This document shows positions 1-9,440 of a stretch of DNA of 64,000 bases, in pieces. The notes below the pieces were generated by a model that made no database searches, was not told where the DNA came from, and saw nothing but the letters and a program-made list of their open reading frames with translations. This stretch comes from a virus (taxonomy: Duplodnaviria; Caudoviricetes). The stretch is from IMG/VR virus record IMGVR_UViG_3300024493_000235, positions 96,001 to 160,000 of that record. One strand, given 5' to 3'. A program made the position numbers and the translations under genes. Numbering within the stretch: the stretch's first letter is position 1; each line of letters opens with the position of its first letter.

Positions 1-572
1 AATGAACTTCGTTCCTTCAATAACTCGAAGTTAATTAAGCAGTCCGCTTCGGAATAATCCTCGAACTTGCTTATTACGAGCTTTCCGTCATCATAAATCT
101 TCTGTAGTTGGGCGACACAAGATTTAATCTCGGTTTGCGTTGTGTCAATTTTCAACAACGCGTCAACAGACTCTTTTAGGACCGATAAGATCCTATTAAA
201 TTCCGAGTAAAGCGTTAATTTCCGGTTTAAACCTCCTATGGGAGAAGTTTTTTCGTCCATAGGATTATCCTGACCGGACGACGCTGCATTTGGATCAGAC
301 TCTCCGGTAGAAAGGCTATCTGGGTTCCCCAGATTTCCTATATCACCGCCGCCTTGATTGTCATCTCCACTCGACGAATCCACCGGATTTTTGGCGTTTG
401 GGTCAGCATCTCGTTGTTCACGAGTTTTTTGTAGCTCAGCATCCAAACTGTCGTCACCGGGGTTATTACTAGATTGTTGTGTGTTTTCTGCTTCAAATTG
501 CAGGTTTCTGCTAATGAAGCTAAAAGCGTTTTCTCGGGTTATTTTTGGCTTAGTTATCGTTGCAAATGCCAT
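1..572 (-). CDS. Putative virion/head protein (3' end outside the window)
   Basis: Read manually: GGGAGG RBS, then ATG at 572 (MAFATITKPK...LQFEAEN...), open to the window edge. Acidic Gly/Asp/Ser-rich N-terminal half, helical C-terminal half. Downstream of 584..1627 in a late operon. Confidence 0.7.
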   Translation of the reverse strand, partial: MAFATITKPKITRENAFSFISRNLQFEAENTQQSSNNPGDDSLDAELQKTREQRDADPNAKNPVDSSSGDDNQGGGDIGNLGNPDSLSTGESDPNAASSGQDNPMDEKTSPIGGLNRKLTLYSEFNRILSVLKESVDALLKIDTTQTEIKSCVAQLQKIYDDGKLVISKFEDYSEADCLINFELLKERSS

Positions 573-583
573 ATACCCTCCCT

Positions 584-1627
584 TTAATCCACGGGCCTGT
601 CGACTTTGTGTCGAAGACCGTAACGCAGTTTTGCATGAGCTTGTATAGCCGTTCTTTTTGCAATTAAAAGATCGGCCTTTTTATCGTAATCACCTTCTTG
701 TTCGGCTTTTGCTATAAGAGCATCTATTTTAAGCACTTCATGCTGTAACTCTTCTGCAGCAGCTCTTTTGTTTTTAGCTGAAATCGCTTTTGATGTTACA
801 ACTACAGCGGCGGCTATAGGAAGATTCACCATAGCAAGTCCTAATATAGCAACCCCTTTTCCTGCAGTCTTAAGTCCTTTCTTTAAATGCTCTCCTAAAG
901 TTTTAGGATCTTCTCTTGCTTCCGCCATCTGTTGAGTAATAGCTTTCTCCTGCTGTTCGATTGGCATGTTATTTACCTTTGCAACAGAAGATTTTGTAAA
1001 GTCTTGCACCTTTACTGCGGTTTTCTTCACAGCGGCGATTGCTTTTTGTGTTGTCGGATTATTTTTGAAGTCGCTAAATTTTTTCTTAGCGGCATCTTTT
1101 GTATTTGTAAGTTTTGTTTTAAAAGAAGTTTTCTCTTGTAATCCTCCACCTGCAAATGCCGATTTATTAGGAGTTGCATCTTTACTTCCAGAAGATAATC
1201 TCGATGGAGGGATGCTTCCACTTTTTGGATCCGGCTTCGCAGGCTGTTTCACTTGGGCTTCGGGTTTTTTTGCAGGCTGCACATTTGCTTTTTGTCCCTG
1301 CGCTGTATTTTTAGGATTAAGAGGATCTTCTTTTTTCTTTTGAGGATTTACAGGTTTTTCACCTGGCTTTTTCTCATCAGGTTTTTTTGCTTCCTGTGTA
1401 ACCTCTCCTTCTTTTTTATCGTCAGTTTCTTTTGCTTCAGTTAACGGATTATATCCTGCGGCACTTATTGAGTTGCCGGCATTGGAAACTGATCCGTCTT
1501 CTGCTTCGGGAAGAAGAGATTCGTATATTACAGGGATAGCTGGAGTAATTCTTAAAATCTCAAACTCTTCGCTTATTCCAAGACGAAGATATTCCGAGTT
1601 CTCAAATGATATAGGAGCGAACTGCAT
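584..1627 (-). CDS. Putative virion head protein with Lys/Pro-rich linker and C-terminal hydrophobic segment
   Basis: 347 aa, coupled to the upstream ORF (TAATG overlap). ISFE/IYE putative processing sites, low-complexity linker, hydrophobic VAILGLAMVNLPIAAAVVV followed by coiled coil. Confidence 0.6.
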   Translation of the reverse strand: MQFAPISFENSEYLRLGISEEFEILRITPAIPVIYESLLPEAEDGSVSNAGNSISAAGYNPLTEAKETDDKKEGEVTQEAKKPDEKKPGEKPVNPQKKKEDPLNPKNTAQGQKANVQPAKKPEAQVKQPAKPDPKSGSIPPSRLSSGSKDATPNKSAFAGGGLQEKTSFKTKLTNTKDAAKKKFSDFKNNPTTQKAIAAVKKTAVKVQDFTKSSVAKVNNMPIEQQEKAITQQMAEAREDPKTLGEHLKKGLKTAGKGVAILGLAMVNLPIAAAVVVTSKAISAKNKRAAAEELQHEVLKIDALIAKAEQEGDYDKKADLLIAKRTAIQAHAKLRYGLRHKVDRPVD

Positions 1628-4350
1628 TATGTGCCCTCCTTTAATAAGTCTTCAAGATGAACAGGTTTTACCTTAAACGATGTATCGGCATTTTCTGTAG
1701 CAATAGGCGGCATCGTGTCATTGTCATTCCAGTTCGTTCCGCCTCTTTTTATTTCCCAATCCTTCTTGTCAAGTTTTTGTCTTACAAGAGAATCGAAGGA
1801 ACAAGCTGCAACAGAAATATCATGCTGAACAGCAGTGAGGTTTGTATAATCAGGAGGTTTTATTACATGGGACATTTCACATATTCCGTACATCTCTCCC
1901 ATATCTTGACCCGAATATCCTGGGACATGTATCTTATGAGAAAGCTCTTCGTTGTATTGTTTTATAAGATCCATTCTCTGGAGTATTGTTATAAACGATA
2001 AAGATTCAAGAACAGGAAGAAGCCATTCTTGCATTTCCTTTGAATTCATGTCGACACCGTTGTGTTTATCCATATCCGTCGGTGTACTGAATAGTGCACA
2101 ATCGTCTATAACAGCAGGAGTTTCAAAGTATTCAAAGAATGTAGAATCCCTTGAAAAAAGCTTATTGATGAGTATCTTTGTGATATCTACAATAGGATGA
2201 AAATCGTTTGAATCTCTAAGACTCAAAGTCTTTTGTGTTGAAGGATTGTACAATTCAAAAAGCATCACTAACGCATATTCTGCGCTCATGACATTCTCGA
2301 TGATGGCATTCGACAGATATTCCAAAAGGTTCCGATACTGATTTCTATCATCGGTTACGATGCTATTGTCAGCTCTGTTGGCCCTTCTAAATATTTCAAG
2401 TAAATCTTTTCTGATTCTTTCTTGTACATCCCAGGTGTTGTTATAAACAGAGTTTGCAATATTTTCTTCTTTGCGATATTGAAACTCGGGAAGATGAATT
2501 GACCTATACTGGTATTTTACGGAAAGATTAAAAAGCGTATGAAGCAAATGCGGAGAGCCTTGAAAAACACTATTTGATAACGCGCATGCCATAAATGTAA
2601 GCCACATGGAGTATACAGAGATTGGTCTACTTGCTATGGGATTTTGACTTGGATCTCTTAGAGCTCCGTTAGTAAGAGTCAGAATCGCAATATCAACCAC
2701 CCCGTTTTCAATAAGCATACCTAAAGACCCGTTGTTGTTAAACTGATCAAAAGTTATAGCGGAGACAACCCTTGCAAGATACGTGTGATCTCTTATTGGA
2801 TATACATGGCACGGATCTTCATTTCCATCTCCCATTACTTTCTGGTATATATCGCTTATACCTTCGCCGAATAAAAATTCAATATGACGCATGATTTTTT
2901 GCGACCATGAATGCGGGTATCTTTGTAAAAAAGATTCGTAGTTTGCTCTTGTCATACCGATGTCATCGGCATCACTTTGACCGTTTCTGATATTTTTAAC
3001 AGCCTCATAAATCTTATCAAAAGAAAGAGCGTTGTAGAACGAATAGAAGTTAAGGTTGTTAAAGTTATATAATACAGGACTTCCTATACGAAGTTGATAC
3101 AAATTCATCCTGCATACAAACGAAGATTTTTTTAGCATCGAGTAGATATTGTTGATAGAATCTTTGAGTCTATCTTTTTCAGAATATTCTGTAAAGAAAC
3201 CATCACAATATCCTGCTAACACTTTCTTAAGAAAAGTGACCATATGCTTGAAGTGAAATTTTTCAACATCCAAAGATTGTTGCAGTTTAACTTGTATTAC
3301 TTCGGTTTTTCCTTTTCCGTCTCCAAAACCACCACCGAAAAGTAAGTTGTCTTCTTCGATAACTTCCGAAAGACGAATAAATGTTGCAGCTAGGATAATA
3401 AACTGTTCGAAGTTTTCCACAATGCCGTTATATTCTTTTGACACCGCAATTTCTTGTTTTTCAATCCATTTTGTATATATGTCGTTTCCCATGTTGTATT
3501 TACAAATAAGGATTAGATACATTCCAAGTGTCGAAGTTATCACATTAAGGTCATATCGGTTTAAAATGTTTCTCGGATGATGCATCACATTTCCTATCAT
3601 TGAACTGAAAAGGGTCTTAAACGAGTATTTCATAACCGAAAGATTCCATGTAGAAGAATCTGATACGGCTTTTGAAAACATCGCATGAAAATTGTTATTG
3701 CGAAGATATTGTTTGTGTTTTAAATACTCGTTACATAATTTAAGAGTGCGACTTAAGTATATATTGTACGCATTTGTACTTACTTCTTTATTGCCTTTAA
3801 CTTCGGCAAGACGTACTTCTTCGGATGAAGACAATCCGTTTTTTATATGGACTATATCTTCAAAGGATTCTGTAGCCGCAGCGAATATCGTTGCGTTTAT
3901 AATATTGATAATTCCAAGGGTTTCAGCTCCAGTAAGATCATCTTTGATGATGGCGTTGTAGCCTGTCATACCTTCAAATTTATCAATATTAAAGTATTTT
4001 TCGTATTTGGATAAGGTGCTGCAGATATCTACAGTCCCGTATGGAGCGACAGATTGGCTTGCGTTGTAAAAAGCGCTCATCATATTATAGTCTTCTTTAG
4101 GAAGACTTTCGTCGTTGTTTCCTTTTGTCGTAAGGTATGCCGATTCTAATATTTCGCACCGCTTTGACAATATGGCTATAACCATGGGAATAAGAAACAT
4201 TTTACATGAAAAAATATTGTCTTTGGATACCTCAAATAAGGCATCCATTGTATTTATTTCATGTACTTTTATACGTCCATTCGAGTTCCCATTGTCACTG
4301 CTATCGTTCAGTTTTTGACGTAAAAAGTTGTCAACTTTATTGTATTGCAT
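1627..4350 (-). CDS. Large late hypothetical protein (probably virion)
   Basis: 907 aa, AGGAG RBS, late promoter at 4377..4388. No domain recognised. Confidence 0.6.
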   Translation of the reverse strand: MQYNKVDNFLRQKLNDSSDNGNSNGRIKVHEINTMDALFEVSKDNIFSCKMFLIPMVIAILSKRCEILESAYLTTKGNNDESLPKEDYNMMSAFYNASQSVAPYGTVDICSTLSKYEKYFNIDKFEGMTGYNAIIKDDLTGAETLGIINIINATIFAAATESFEDIVHIKNGLSSSEEVRLAEVKGNKEVSTNAYNIYLSRTLKLCNEYLKHKQYLRNNNFHAMFSKAVSDSSTWNLSVMKYSFKTLFSSMIGNVMHHPRNILNRYDLNVITSTLGMYLILICKYNMGNDIYTKWIEKQEIAVSKEYNGIVENFEQFIILAATFIRLSEVIEEDNLLFGGGFGDGKGKTEVIQVKLQQSLDVEKFHFKHMVTFLKKVLAGYCDGFFTEYSEKDRLKDSINNIYSMLKKSSFVCRMNLYQLRIGSPVLYNFNNLNFYSFYNALSFDKIYEAVKNIRNGQSDADDIGMTRANYESFLQRYPHSWSQKIMRHIEFLFGEGISDIYQKVMGDGNEDPCHVYPIRDHTYLARVVSAITFDQFNNNGSLGMLIENGVVDIAILTLTNGALRDPSQNPIASRPISVYSMWLTFMACALSNSVFQGSPHLLHTLFNLSVKYQYRSIHLPEFQYRKEENIANSVYNNTWDVQERIRKDLLEIFRRANRADNSIVTDDRNQYRNLLEYLSNAIIENVMSAEYALVMLFELYNPSTQKTLSLRDSNDFHPIVDITKILINKLFSRDSTFFEYFETPAVIDDCALFSTPTDMDKHNGVDMNSKEMQEWLLPVLESLSFITILQRMDLIKQYNEELSHKIHVPGYSGQDMGEMYGICEMSHVIKPPDYTNLTAVQHDISVAACSFDSLVRQKLDKKDWEIKRGGTNWNDNDTMPPIATENADTSFKVKPVHLEDLLKEGT

Positions 4351-4376
4351 AAAAACTCCTTATTCGAGTTTGTGTT

Positions 4377-4388
4377 TATTAACATGTT
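4377..4388 (-). promoter_or_regulatory. Late promoter AACA-N6-TA
   Basis: Minus strand AACA-TGTTAA-TA upstream of the RBS of 1627..4350. One of ~19 equivalently placed copies. Confidence 0.8.
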
Positions 4389-4428
4389 TAATGCAGGATT
4401 TTAAGAGGGTATCAACATTGTCTTAAAT

Positions 4429-4438
4429 TATATATCAT
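4429..4438 (+). promoter_or_regulatory. Early/middle promoter motif TATATATCAT
   Basis: Recurrent TATAYATMAT motif just upstream of the AAGGAG RBS of 4458..4853. Confidence 0.7.
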
Positions 4439-4457
4439 GTAAGTAAGGAGATAAAAT

Positions 4458-4853
4458 ATGTCAAATAAAGCATATAATAAGAAACGACGGGAAGCTGCTG
4501 AAAGACGGAAATATATAAATAAAAAGAATGTGGAAGAAAGACGTAAACTTGCAGCGGAAATAAATAGTAAGCCACTTCCTGGTAACACAATACCCGCTAC
4601 ACCAATAACCGGAAATACTGACGGGATACACATTTCATATAAAGAACACAGCGGTCATGAAGATATGATTACAAGCATCGAGTTATTAATGTCGTATGCG
4701 GGTATGGGTTCTTTTTACTTCCAAAAACCGGTTGTTGATAGAACGGAAAAGCCACATAAAGAGAAAAGACAAGAAGGCGATACCGAAGCTCAATGGGAAG
4801 TTGTTGACACAAAAGAACTTCCAGATGGCAGGAAGCAACTTATGTTACAATAA
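4458..4853 (+). CDS. Hypothetical basic protein
   Basis: 131 aa, AAGGAG RBS, own promoter and terminator. Confidence 0.7.
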   Translation: MSNKAYNKKRREAAERRKYINKKNVEERRKLAAEINSKPLPGNTIPATPITGNTDGIHISYKEHSGHEDMITSIELLMSYAGMGSFYFQKPVVDRTEKPHKEKRQEGDTEAQWEVVDTKELPDGRKQLMLQ

Positions 4854-4883
4854 TATCCGGGGCCAAATCGGCCCCGGATATTA
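4851..4883 (+). terminator. Intrinsic terminator hairpin (GGGGCC family)
   Basis: taatatccggggcc-aaatc-ggccccggatatta followed by a T-rich run. Confidence 0.8.
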
Positions 4884-4904
4884 TGTTTTTAATTGAAGTA
4901 TAAT

Positions 4905-4914
4905 TATATATAAT
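4905..4914 (+). promoter_or_regulatory. Early/middle promoter motif TATATATAAT
   Basis: Upstream of the AGGAGG RBS of the BrnT-like gene. Confidence 0.7.
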
Positions 4915-4936
4915 GTCAGTAAACAGGAGGGATATT

Positions 4937-5614
4937 ATGAGCGTAGAAGAAATATCACTAGAAGCTATTCTAAACGATGATGTAGGTAAAACTATTATTC
5001 ACGGCATTGGTGATAAATTTAAATTCTCAGAAGACGCGTTTTATAACGAAGAATTTGACAAAATACGGGGTGACTTAGACAATCGAAACGTTGAAGTCAT
5101 TGATCGCGAAAAAGAAACTGGCCATATCGATCATTTCATCTGGAATATCGGAAAAAGCAATGAAAACATTACCGACACAAGCGAAGAGAAAGACGGGTTT
5201 TCATTTTATATGGCAAGATTTATCCATTACGATCCATACAAAATGGAAGTACCAGAACTTGCAGACCAATCAAAAGGAGAAGACCGAACGGCCTTCATAG
5301 GACAAATTTTTGATCCTTTACATCCGACATTATCAAAGAAAGATCCTGTACTTGCTATTATTCAACTTAAAAAAGAATATAAAGGCAGAATACGGATTAT
5401 ATTTTGTTACAGAAAAAATCTTTCAAAAGAACTTCGACTGGCATATTTTGAACGCGCTACTGCGATGTCGCGTACAGAAAACAGACGAAAACCTGTAACT
5501 AAAGAAAGTGCAGCTCAAAACGGGGAAATATACGATGATCCGTATGGCGGCGACTTTCCGAAGGCGCTTGATCGACTTCGTAAAATAGTCGACAATTGGG
5601 AAGAGTCTGATTAA
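4937..5614 (+). CDS. BrnT (DUF497/RelE-fold)-like protein with N-terminal head-protein-type leader, paralog 1
   Basis: ATG at 4937 follows AGGAGG (MSVEEISLE...). The core FIWNIGKSNEN..KDGFSF..DP..EDRTAFIG..VLAII..RIRII follows the BrnT pattern W-x3-K-x3-N..K(H)G-x-F..ER-x3-IG..IRIISAR. Clear paralog of 55125..55787. Confidence 0.65.
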   Translation: MSVEEISLEAILNDDVGKTIIHGIGDKFKFSEDAFYNEEFDKIRGDLDNRNVEVIDREKETGHIDHFIWNIGKSNENITDTSEEKDGFSFYMARFIHYDPYKMEVPELADQSKGEDRTAFIGQIFDPLHPTLSKKDPVLAIIQLKKEYKGRIRIIFCYRKNLSKELRLAYFERATAMSRTENRRKPVTKESAAQNGEIYDDPYGGDFPKALDRLRKIVDNWEESD

Positions 5615-5618
5615 TCAT

Positions 5619-5652
5619 ATAATATCTGGGGTCATTTGGCCCCAGATATTAT
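5619..5652. terminator. Bidirectional terminator hairpin
   Basis: ataatatctggggtca-tt-tggccccagatattat between convergent genes. Confidence 0.8.
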
Positions 5653-5655
5653 TTT

Positions 5656-6459
5656 TTAGCATTTGTACTTACACGCTTTTACAAACTCAATCCATTGATG
5701 TGTATCATCAACGAATGGCTTCGGGCATATTTTTCCTGTAAGGTCATAATGCCTTAGAAGCAGTATCGTTCCAAGTTCAGGTGTCTGCATAACAGTATTA
5801 GGTGAAAGAGAACCTTCTTCATCAATGAATAAAGAGAGTTCTCTTGACACCCATTGGATAAACGTGGCGGCATTTATAGCTGCTTTTTCCCAATTACCGT
5901 TATTGCAAATTTCGATTTGTAAACACTTGAAATTCTGAGCGTTGTTAAACGCGTTGCGTGCTATCTGTGTCTGATTTTTATTTACAGGATTTACGATGAT
6001 TCGTGCGTCTCCTGCACCATGACATCTTTCGTTAAACGGAAGTGCCATACACATGGAATTTTCATCAAAGAGAACTTGAGTTGAACCATGTCCGAAAGGC
6101 ACAATTTTTTCAACGGTGCTACTTATTTCTTGTAACATCTCTTCTTTGACAATACCTTGCTCGGTTTTTCTTTCGACTGTTGTCCTTTTCCAACCCCTAC
6201 AAAAATATTTTGCATTTGCAAGAGCTGTTGCGCCAGGATTTGCATTTGCCGTATAATGAACGACAATGCCATTAAAATTGGTAAGCAATCTTCCGTCACG
6301 ATTAGGATGTCCGTCAGGAATTATGTTTGTCTGAACCTTTATTCCGCTTTTCTTTTCGAAGTCAGCTACACGGGCAGGTTCACTTAAACGACCTAATGCG
6401 TTTACGATACTTTGATCGCTTGAATAAATTCGAGATTCCTCTTTTGTGATCATTCCCAT
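5656..6459 (-). CDS. N-acetylmuramoyl-L-alanine amidase (Amidase_2 type), putative endolysin
   Basis: GIVVHYTAN, IEIC and LRHYDLTGKICP motifs supply the His/His/Cys zinc ligands. Own late promoter. Confidence 0.85.
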   Translation of the reverse strand: MGMITKEESRIYSSDQSIVNALGRLSEPARVADFEKKSGIKVQTNIIPDGHPNRDGRLLTNFNGIVVHYTANANPGATALANAKYFCRGWKRTTVERKTEQGIVKEEMLQEISSTVEKIVPFGHGSTQVLFDENSMCMALPFNERCHGAGDARIIVNPVNKNQTQIARNAFNNAQNFKCLQIEICNNGNWEKAAINAATFIQWVSRELSLFIDEEGSLSPNTVMQTPELGTILLLRHYDLTGKICPKPFVDDTHQWIEFVKACKYKC

Positions 6460-6486
6460 AATTTTCTCCTTAATAAAAGTACTCTA

Positions 6487-6498
6487 CATGATGATGTT
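6487..6498 (-). promoter_or_regulatory. Late promoter AACA-N6-TG
   Basis: AACA-TCATCA-TG upstream of the amidase RBS. Confidence 0.7.
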
Positions 6499-6519
6499 TC
6501 AAGGACTCAAATGTGTATT

Positions 6520-7035
6520 TTATTTAGAGATAATGAGATGAAATCTTTTATTGACAACGTCACTTGATATATATATTTTTGACATAAGATATGTAGCAAG
6601 ATAATTATGATATTTTGCTAGTGCATCTTCTTGTACAAATGAAGGAGTATATTCTCTAAATTGTTCAAATACAATTCCTCTTGCGACATTAGATATATCC
6701 GCATTTGCAACATCGGTGGCTTTCATCATGATGTCGTATGTAGGTTCGATGTGAACGCCCCAACCGATAAGATGATATAATTTCATTGTCGGTTTAAAAG
6801 AAATACTATACCATTGCTGTGTCTGGTGTAAGAAATTCTCTTGTAACATTTGAAATCGTTCTGTTGTGATATTAGCTTTTAGGATATTTTGTATTTGAAA
6901 TAACCCTAGTTTTTCATTTATCCACGAATGATACACTTGAGCTATATATTTACAAATGTCAGAAACACCTAAATAGACTATATTATCACTCTTCTTGGTC
7001 TGTGTCGTCGGCTGTTGAGTCTTTTCCTGTTTCAT
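6520..7035 (-). CDS. Hypothetical protein
   Basis: 171 aa, overlaps the end of the RusA-like gene in a late operon. Confidence 0.65.
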   Translation of the reverse strand: MKQEKTQQPTTQTKKSDNIVYLGVSDICKYIAQVYHSWINEKLGLFQIQNILKANITTERFQMLQENFLHQTQQWYSISFKPTMKLYHLIGWGVHIEPTYDIMMKATDVANADISNVARGIVFEQFREYTPSFVQEDALAKYHNYLATYLMSKIYISSDVVNKRFHLIISK

Positions 7036-7654
7036 TTTTGCTCCATCTTTCTTTTCGGTATTTAATAGCTTCTAAGTGTTCGGGTATTATAATACTTGAT
7101 GTATTATAACATATGAGCACCTCGATTCTTGGGTTAACTGAGTAATATTTGCTGGTGACATTTGTCACTACTTGTGAGTCATCATAAATTAAGAACTCTT
7201 TAACTGTGTCAAAAACAATCTTTTCCATGTTGTCATTATCAAACCTTCTGTATGCTGGACGCAGAATTTTTGCTTCACATAAATATCGTTTTTCTCTTGA
7301 AAAAAATTGTGGTGTTTTGATATAGTAGTTAAAATGAAGAATCACTTCTTCATACCTTGGGAATGAGCCATCTAAAAATGGGGAGCTTCCTAGCTGTTCT
7401 GTTATCATAGCCCTTAACATTTTTACAGTTTTCTCTTTATCAGGCACATAGATTCTCCATAATTTAGGATTAATGCGAATAGGTTTATACGGATGAGGAT
7501 CAATATTAAGTACAAATGGAATAAAAAACAAAGACGCAGGATTTGCATAAGATGCGTATTTTTCATTTATATTTTTAACCTGTGTTTCAGTTAATTTACA
7601 ATCCCGCATAACCTTTTGAATGTATATGGAATTATCAAAGAAGTTATCCATCAT
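6986..7654 (-). CDS. rusA: RusA-like Holliday junction resolvase
   Basis: RRFDNDNMEKIVFD...IYDDSQV...KYYS..PRIEV matches the RusA D-x-DN-x2-K-x3-D...DD-x-Q pattern. Confidence 0.8.
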   Translation of the reverse strand: MMDNFFDNSIYIQKVMRDCKLTETQVKNINEKYASYANPASLFFIPFVLNIDPHPYKPIRINPKLWRIYVPDKEKTVKMLRAMITEQLGSSPFLDGSFPRYEEVILHFNYYIKTPQFFSREKRYLCEAKILRPAYRRFDNDNMEKIVFDTVKEFLIYDDSQVVTNVTSKYYSVNPRIEVLICYNTSSIIIPEHLEAIKYRKERWSKNETGKDSTADDTDQEE

Positions 7655-9351
7655 TGAAAAAAGTCCCTCACTCCTGTGACTATGCGAGCAGGAATTCCTA
7701 ATAATGGATTACTCGCAACTCCAGCTATCCAAGTGCGAGGATCAAAAAATCTTTGAAATTTAAACTTTGCAGCTTTCCATGCGTTTTGCCATCTTGAAGA
7801 TAATGTACTCGATGCAAAAGCGTCAACTCCGCCTAATACGTTTAAGTAATCACGAAGCATACTGTTTTTATTAAAGAACGTTCTTCCAGCCCATTTATGA
7901 CTCATTGACATAACAAGGGTTCCGAATAAATCCTTTACAGTGAGGGTTATTTCAACAGTACGAGCTAACCTGCTTATTGTCCAATCGTTTGTATCGGATC
8001 CTCTTTTTATGGAAACACTTGTTATCATCCCCATATCACAACTAAACCACCCTTTTGAATACATACGTATTAACGGAGGAGATGAATAAACAGAAGAATC
8101 GGATTGACGCGGCATAATAAAACCCAATATACACGCTATAGGAAAGAGTATATTTTCAATGTAACAATTAGGTTCCCCATTTGGAGCGTGAAGTTTTATT
8201 TGTATTGTAATATTTTTTGAATATGTGGATTCTTTCCATATTTCCGGGAATAAAAGATTTCCGCCAGATTTGATAACAGATTCCGCAGTTCCAGAAAGAG
8301 TTCCTGCAATACCGCCTAGTGCATTCGCAGCACCAGAAAGTGAAAAACCTTTTCCGTCATGAGCATCATTTGTTAAAAACAATACTTCTTTTGCTTGATC
8401 TGATATTCCTTTTGCTTTTTCAGCCGCAGCCGATTGCCCTGTTGTGTTATCAAAAGAATCTCCGGCATCAGTAGATTTCTCAACACGGAACGGGATGAAC
8501 GAAGGTTTTGAAAGATAATTGCTTTTATTGTTATTCATGGCATCCGCAAAATCCCAGAAACCGTAATACCTTGAAAACATTGTAAGATAATCATTTACGG
8601 TATTAAATAATCCTTCACCATAAGCTGTAGCTGGAATATCAATATGCATACGCACCATAAGTTCATTTAATATGCCAGAGACATACATACGATATGTTTT
8701 AAAGTCTGGTTGAAAATCGTAGAATTTCATTGGACCTGATTTTCCGTCTGTCTGTATGGTCGTAGAATCTTCTGTGAGTTCAGTTAAAAAATCTTCTAGT
8801 GTAAAAGTTTGTACACCAAGTTCAGAATCACTTTCAAAGTTTTTTTCTAATATAGCAGTCCTTAAATGATCGGCGTCACTTCCTGAAATACCACCTGTAA
8901 GTCCACCGAATAAAGTTTGAGTTAACCCAAAGAATTTCGGTTTTCCAGGCTGAATAAAAACAATTGGATTATTAGGTCTTATTCTTTTATTATACACTCT
9001 TCCGTAATATGGAGCGGCAATACCGGCAGTTCTCGGATCGGCTAACATGTTGTATTGCCATAACGGATTGAGAATTCCTCTTTCTCCAAGTTTAAGAGAA
9101 GTTAAATCCGGCTTTCCTTCCCCTTTGGCTCCTTCACCTGGAAACGGAATATCTGTAGATATATTATATCCTGACGGGTCCATTCCTAATGCGAAAGGAG
9201 ATGCAAAAAATACCGCATTGCTAGCGGATAAAGGTTCTGTATCTTCAAGAGATTCTTCGTGCCATTTTTTTGATGTGGGAATACCCATAGTATATTTACT
9301 TTCTATATCGTCTTTGTCTTCTTCTTTAATCCCGTGCCATAAAAGATACAT
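7651..9351 (-). CDS. Virion structural protein, probably baseplate hub/tail-tube initiator fold
   Basis: 566 aa. C-terminal FPEIW..ITIQIKL..SPPLIRMY..GMITSVSI..VEITLTVKD resembles tube-initiator (T4 gp48/gp54-like) patterns. Late promoter. Confidence 0.55.
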   Translation of the reverse strand: MYLLWHGIKEEDKDDIESKYTMGIPTSKKWHEESLEDTEPLSASNAVFFASPFALGMDPSGYNISTDIPFPGEGAKGEGKPDLTSLKLGERGILNPLWQYNMLADPRTAGIAAPYYGRVYNKRIRPNNPIVFIQPGKPKFFGLTQTLFGGLTGGISGSDADHLRTAILEKNFESDSELGVQTFTLEDFLTELTEDSTTIQTDGKSGPMKFYDFQPDFKTYRMYVSGILNELMVRMHIDIPATAYGEGLFNTVNDYLTMFSRYYGFWDFADAMNNNKSNYLSKPSFIPFRVEKSTDAGDSFDNTTGQSAAAEKAKGISDQAKEVLFLTNDAHDGKGFSLSGAANALGGIAGTLSGTAESVIKSGGNLLFPEIWKESTYSKNITIQIKLHAPNGEPNCYIENILFPIACILGFIMPRQSDSSVYSSPPLIRMYSKGWFSCDMGMITSVSIKRGSDTNDWTISRLARTVEITLTVKDLFGTLVMSMSHKWAGRTFFNKNSMLRDYLNVLGGVDAFASSTLSSRWQNAWKAAKFKFQRFFDPRTWIAGVASNPLLGIPARIVTGVRDFFQ

Positions 9352-9376
9352 AGAATCTCCTTAATAAGGATAAGAT

Positions 9377-9388
9377 TACTACAATGTT
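9377..9388 (-). promoter_or_regulatory. Late promoter AACA-N6-TA
   Basis: AACA-TTGTAG-TA upstream of 7651..9351. Confidence 0.8.
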
Positions 9389-9411
9389 TTTCGCTCATTA
9401 TTTTACAAAAA

Positions 9412-9435
9412 ATCGAGGGCGAAACCGCCCTCGAT
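9412..9435 (-). terminator. Intrinsic terminator hairpin
   Basis: atcgagggcg-aaac-cgccctcgat with a T-run on the minus strand, after the stop at 9441. Confidence 0.8.
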
Positions 9436-9440
9436 ATACG

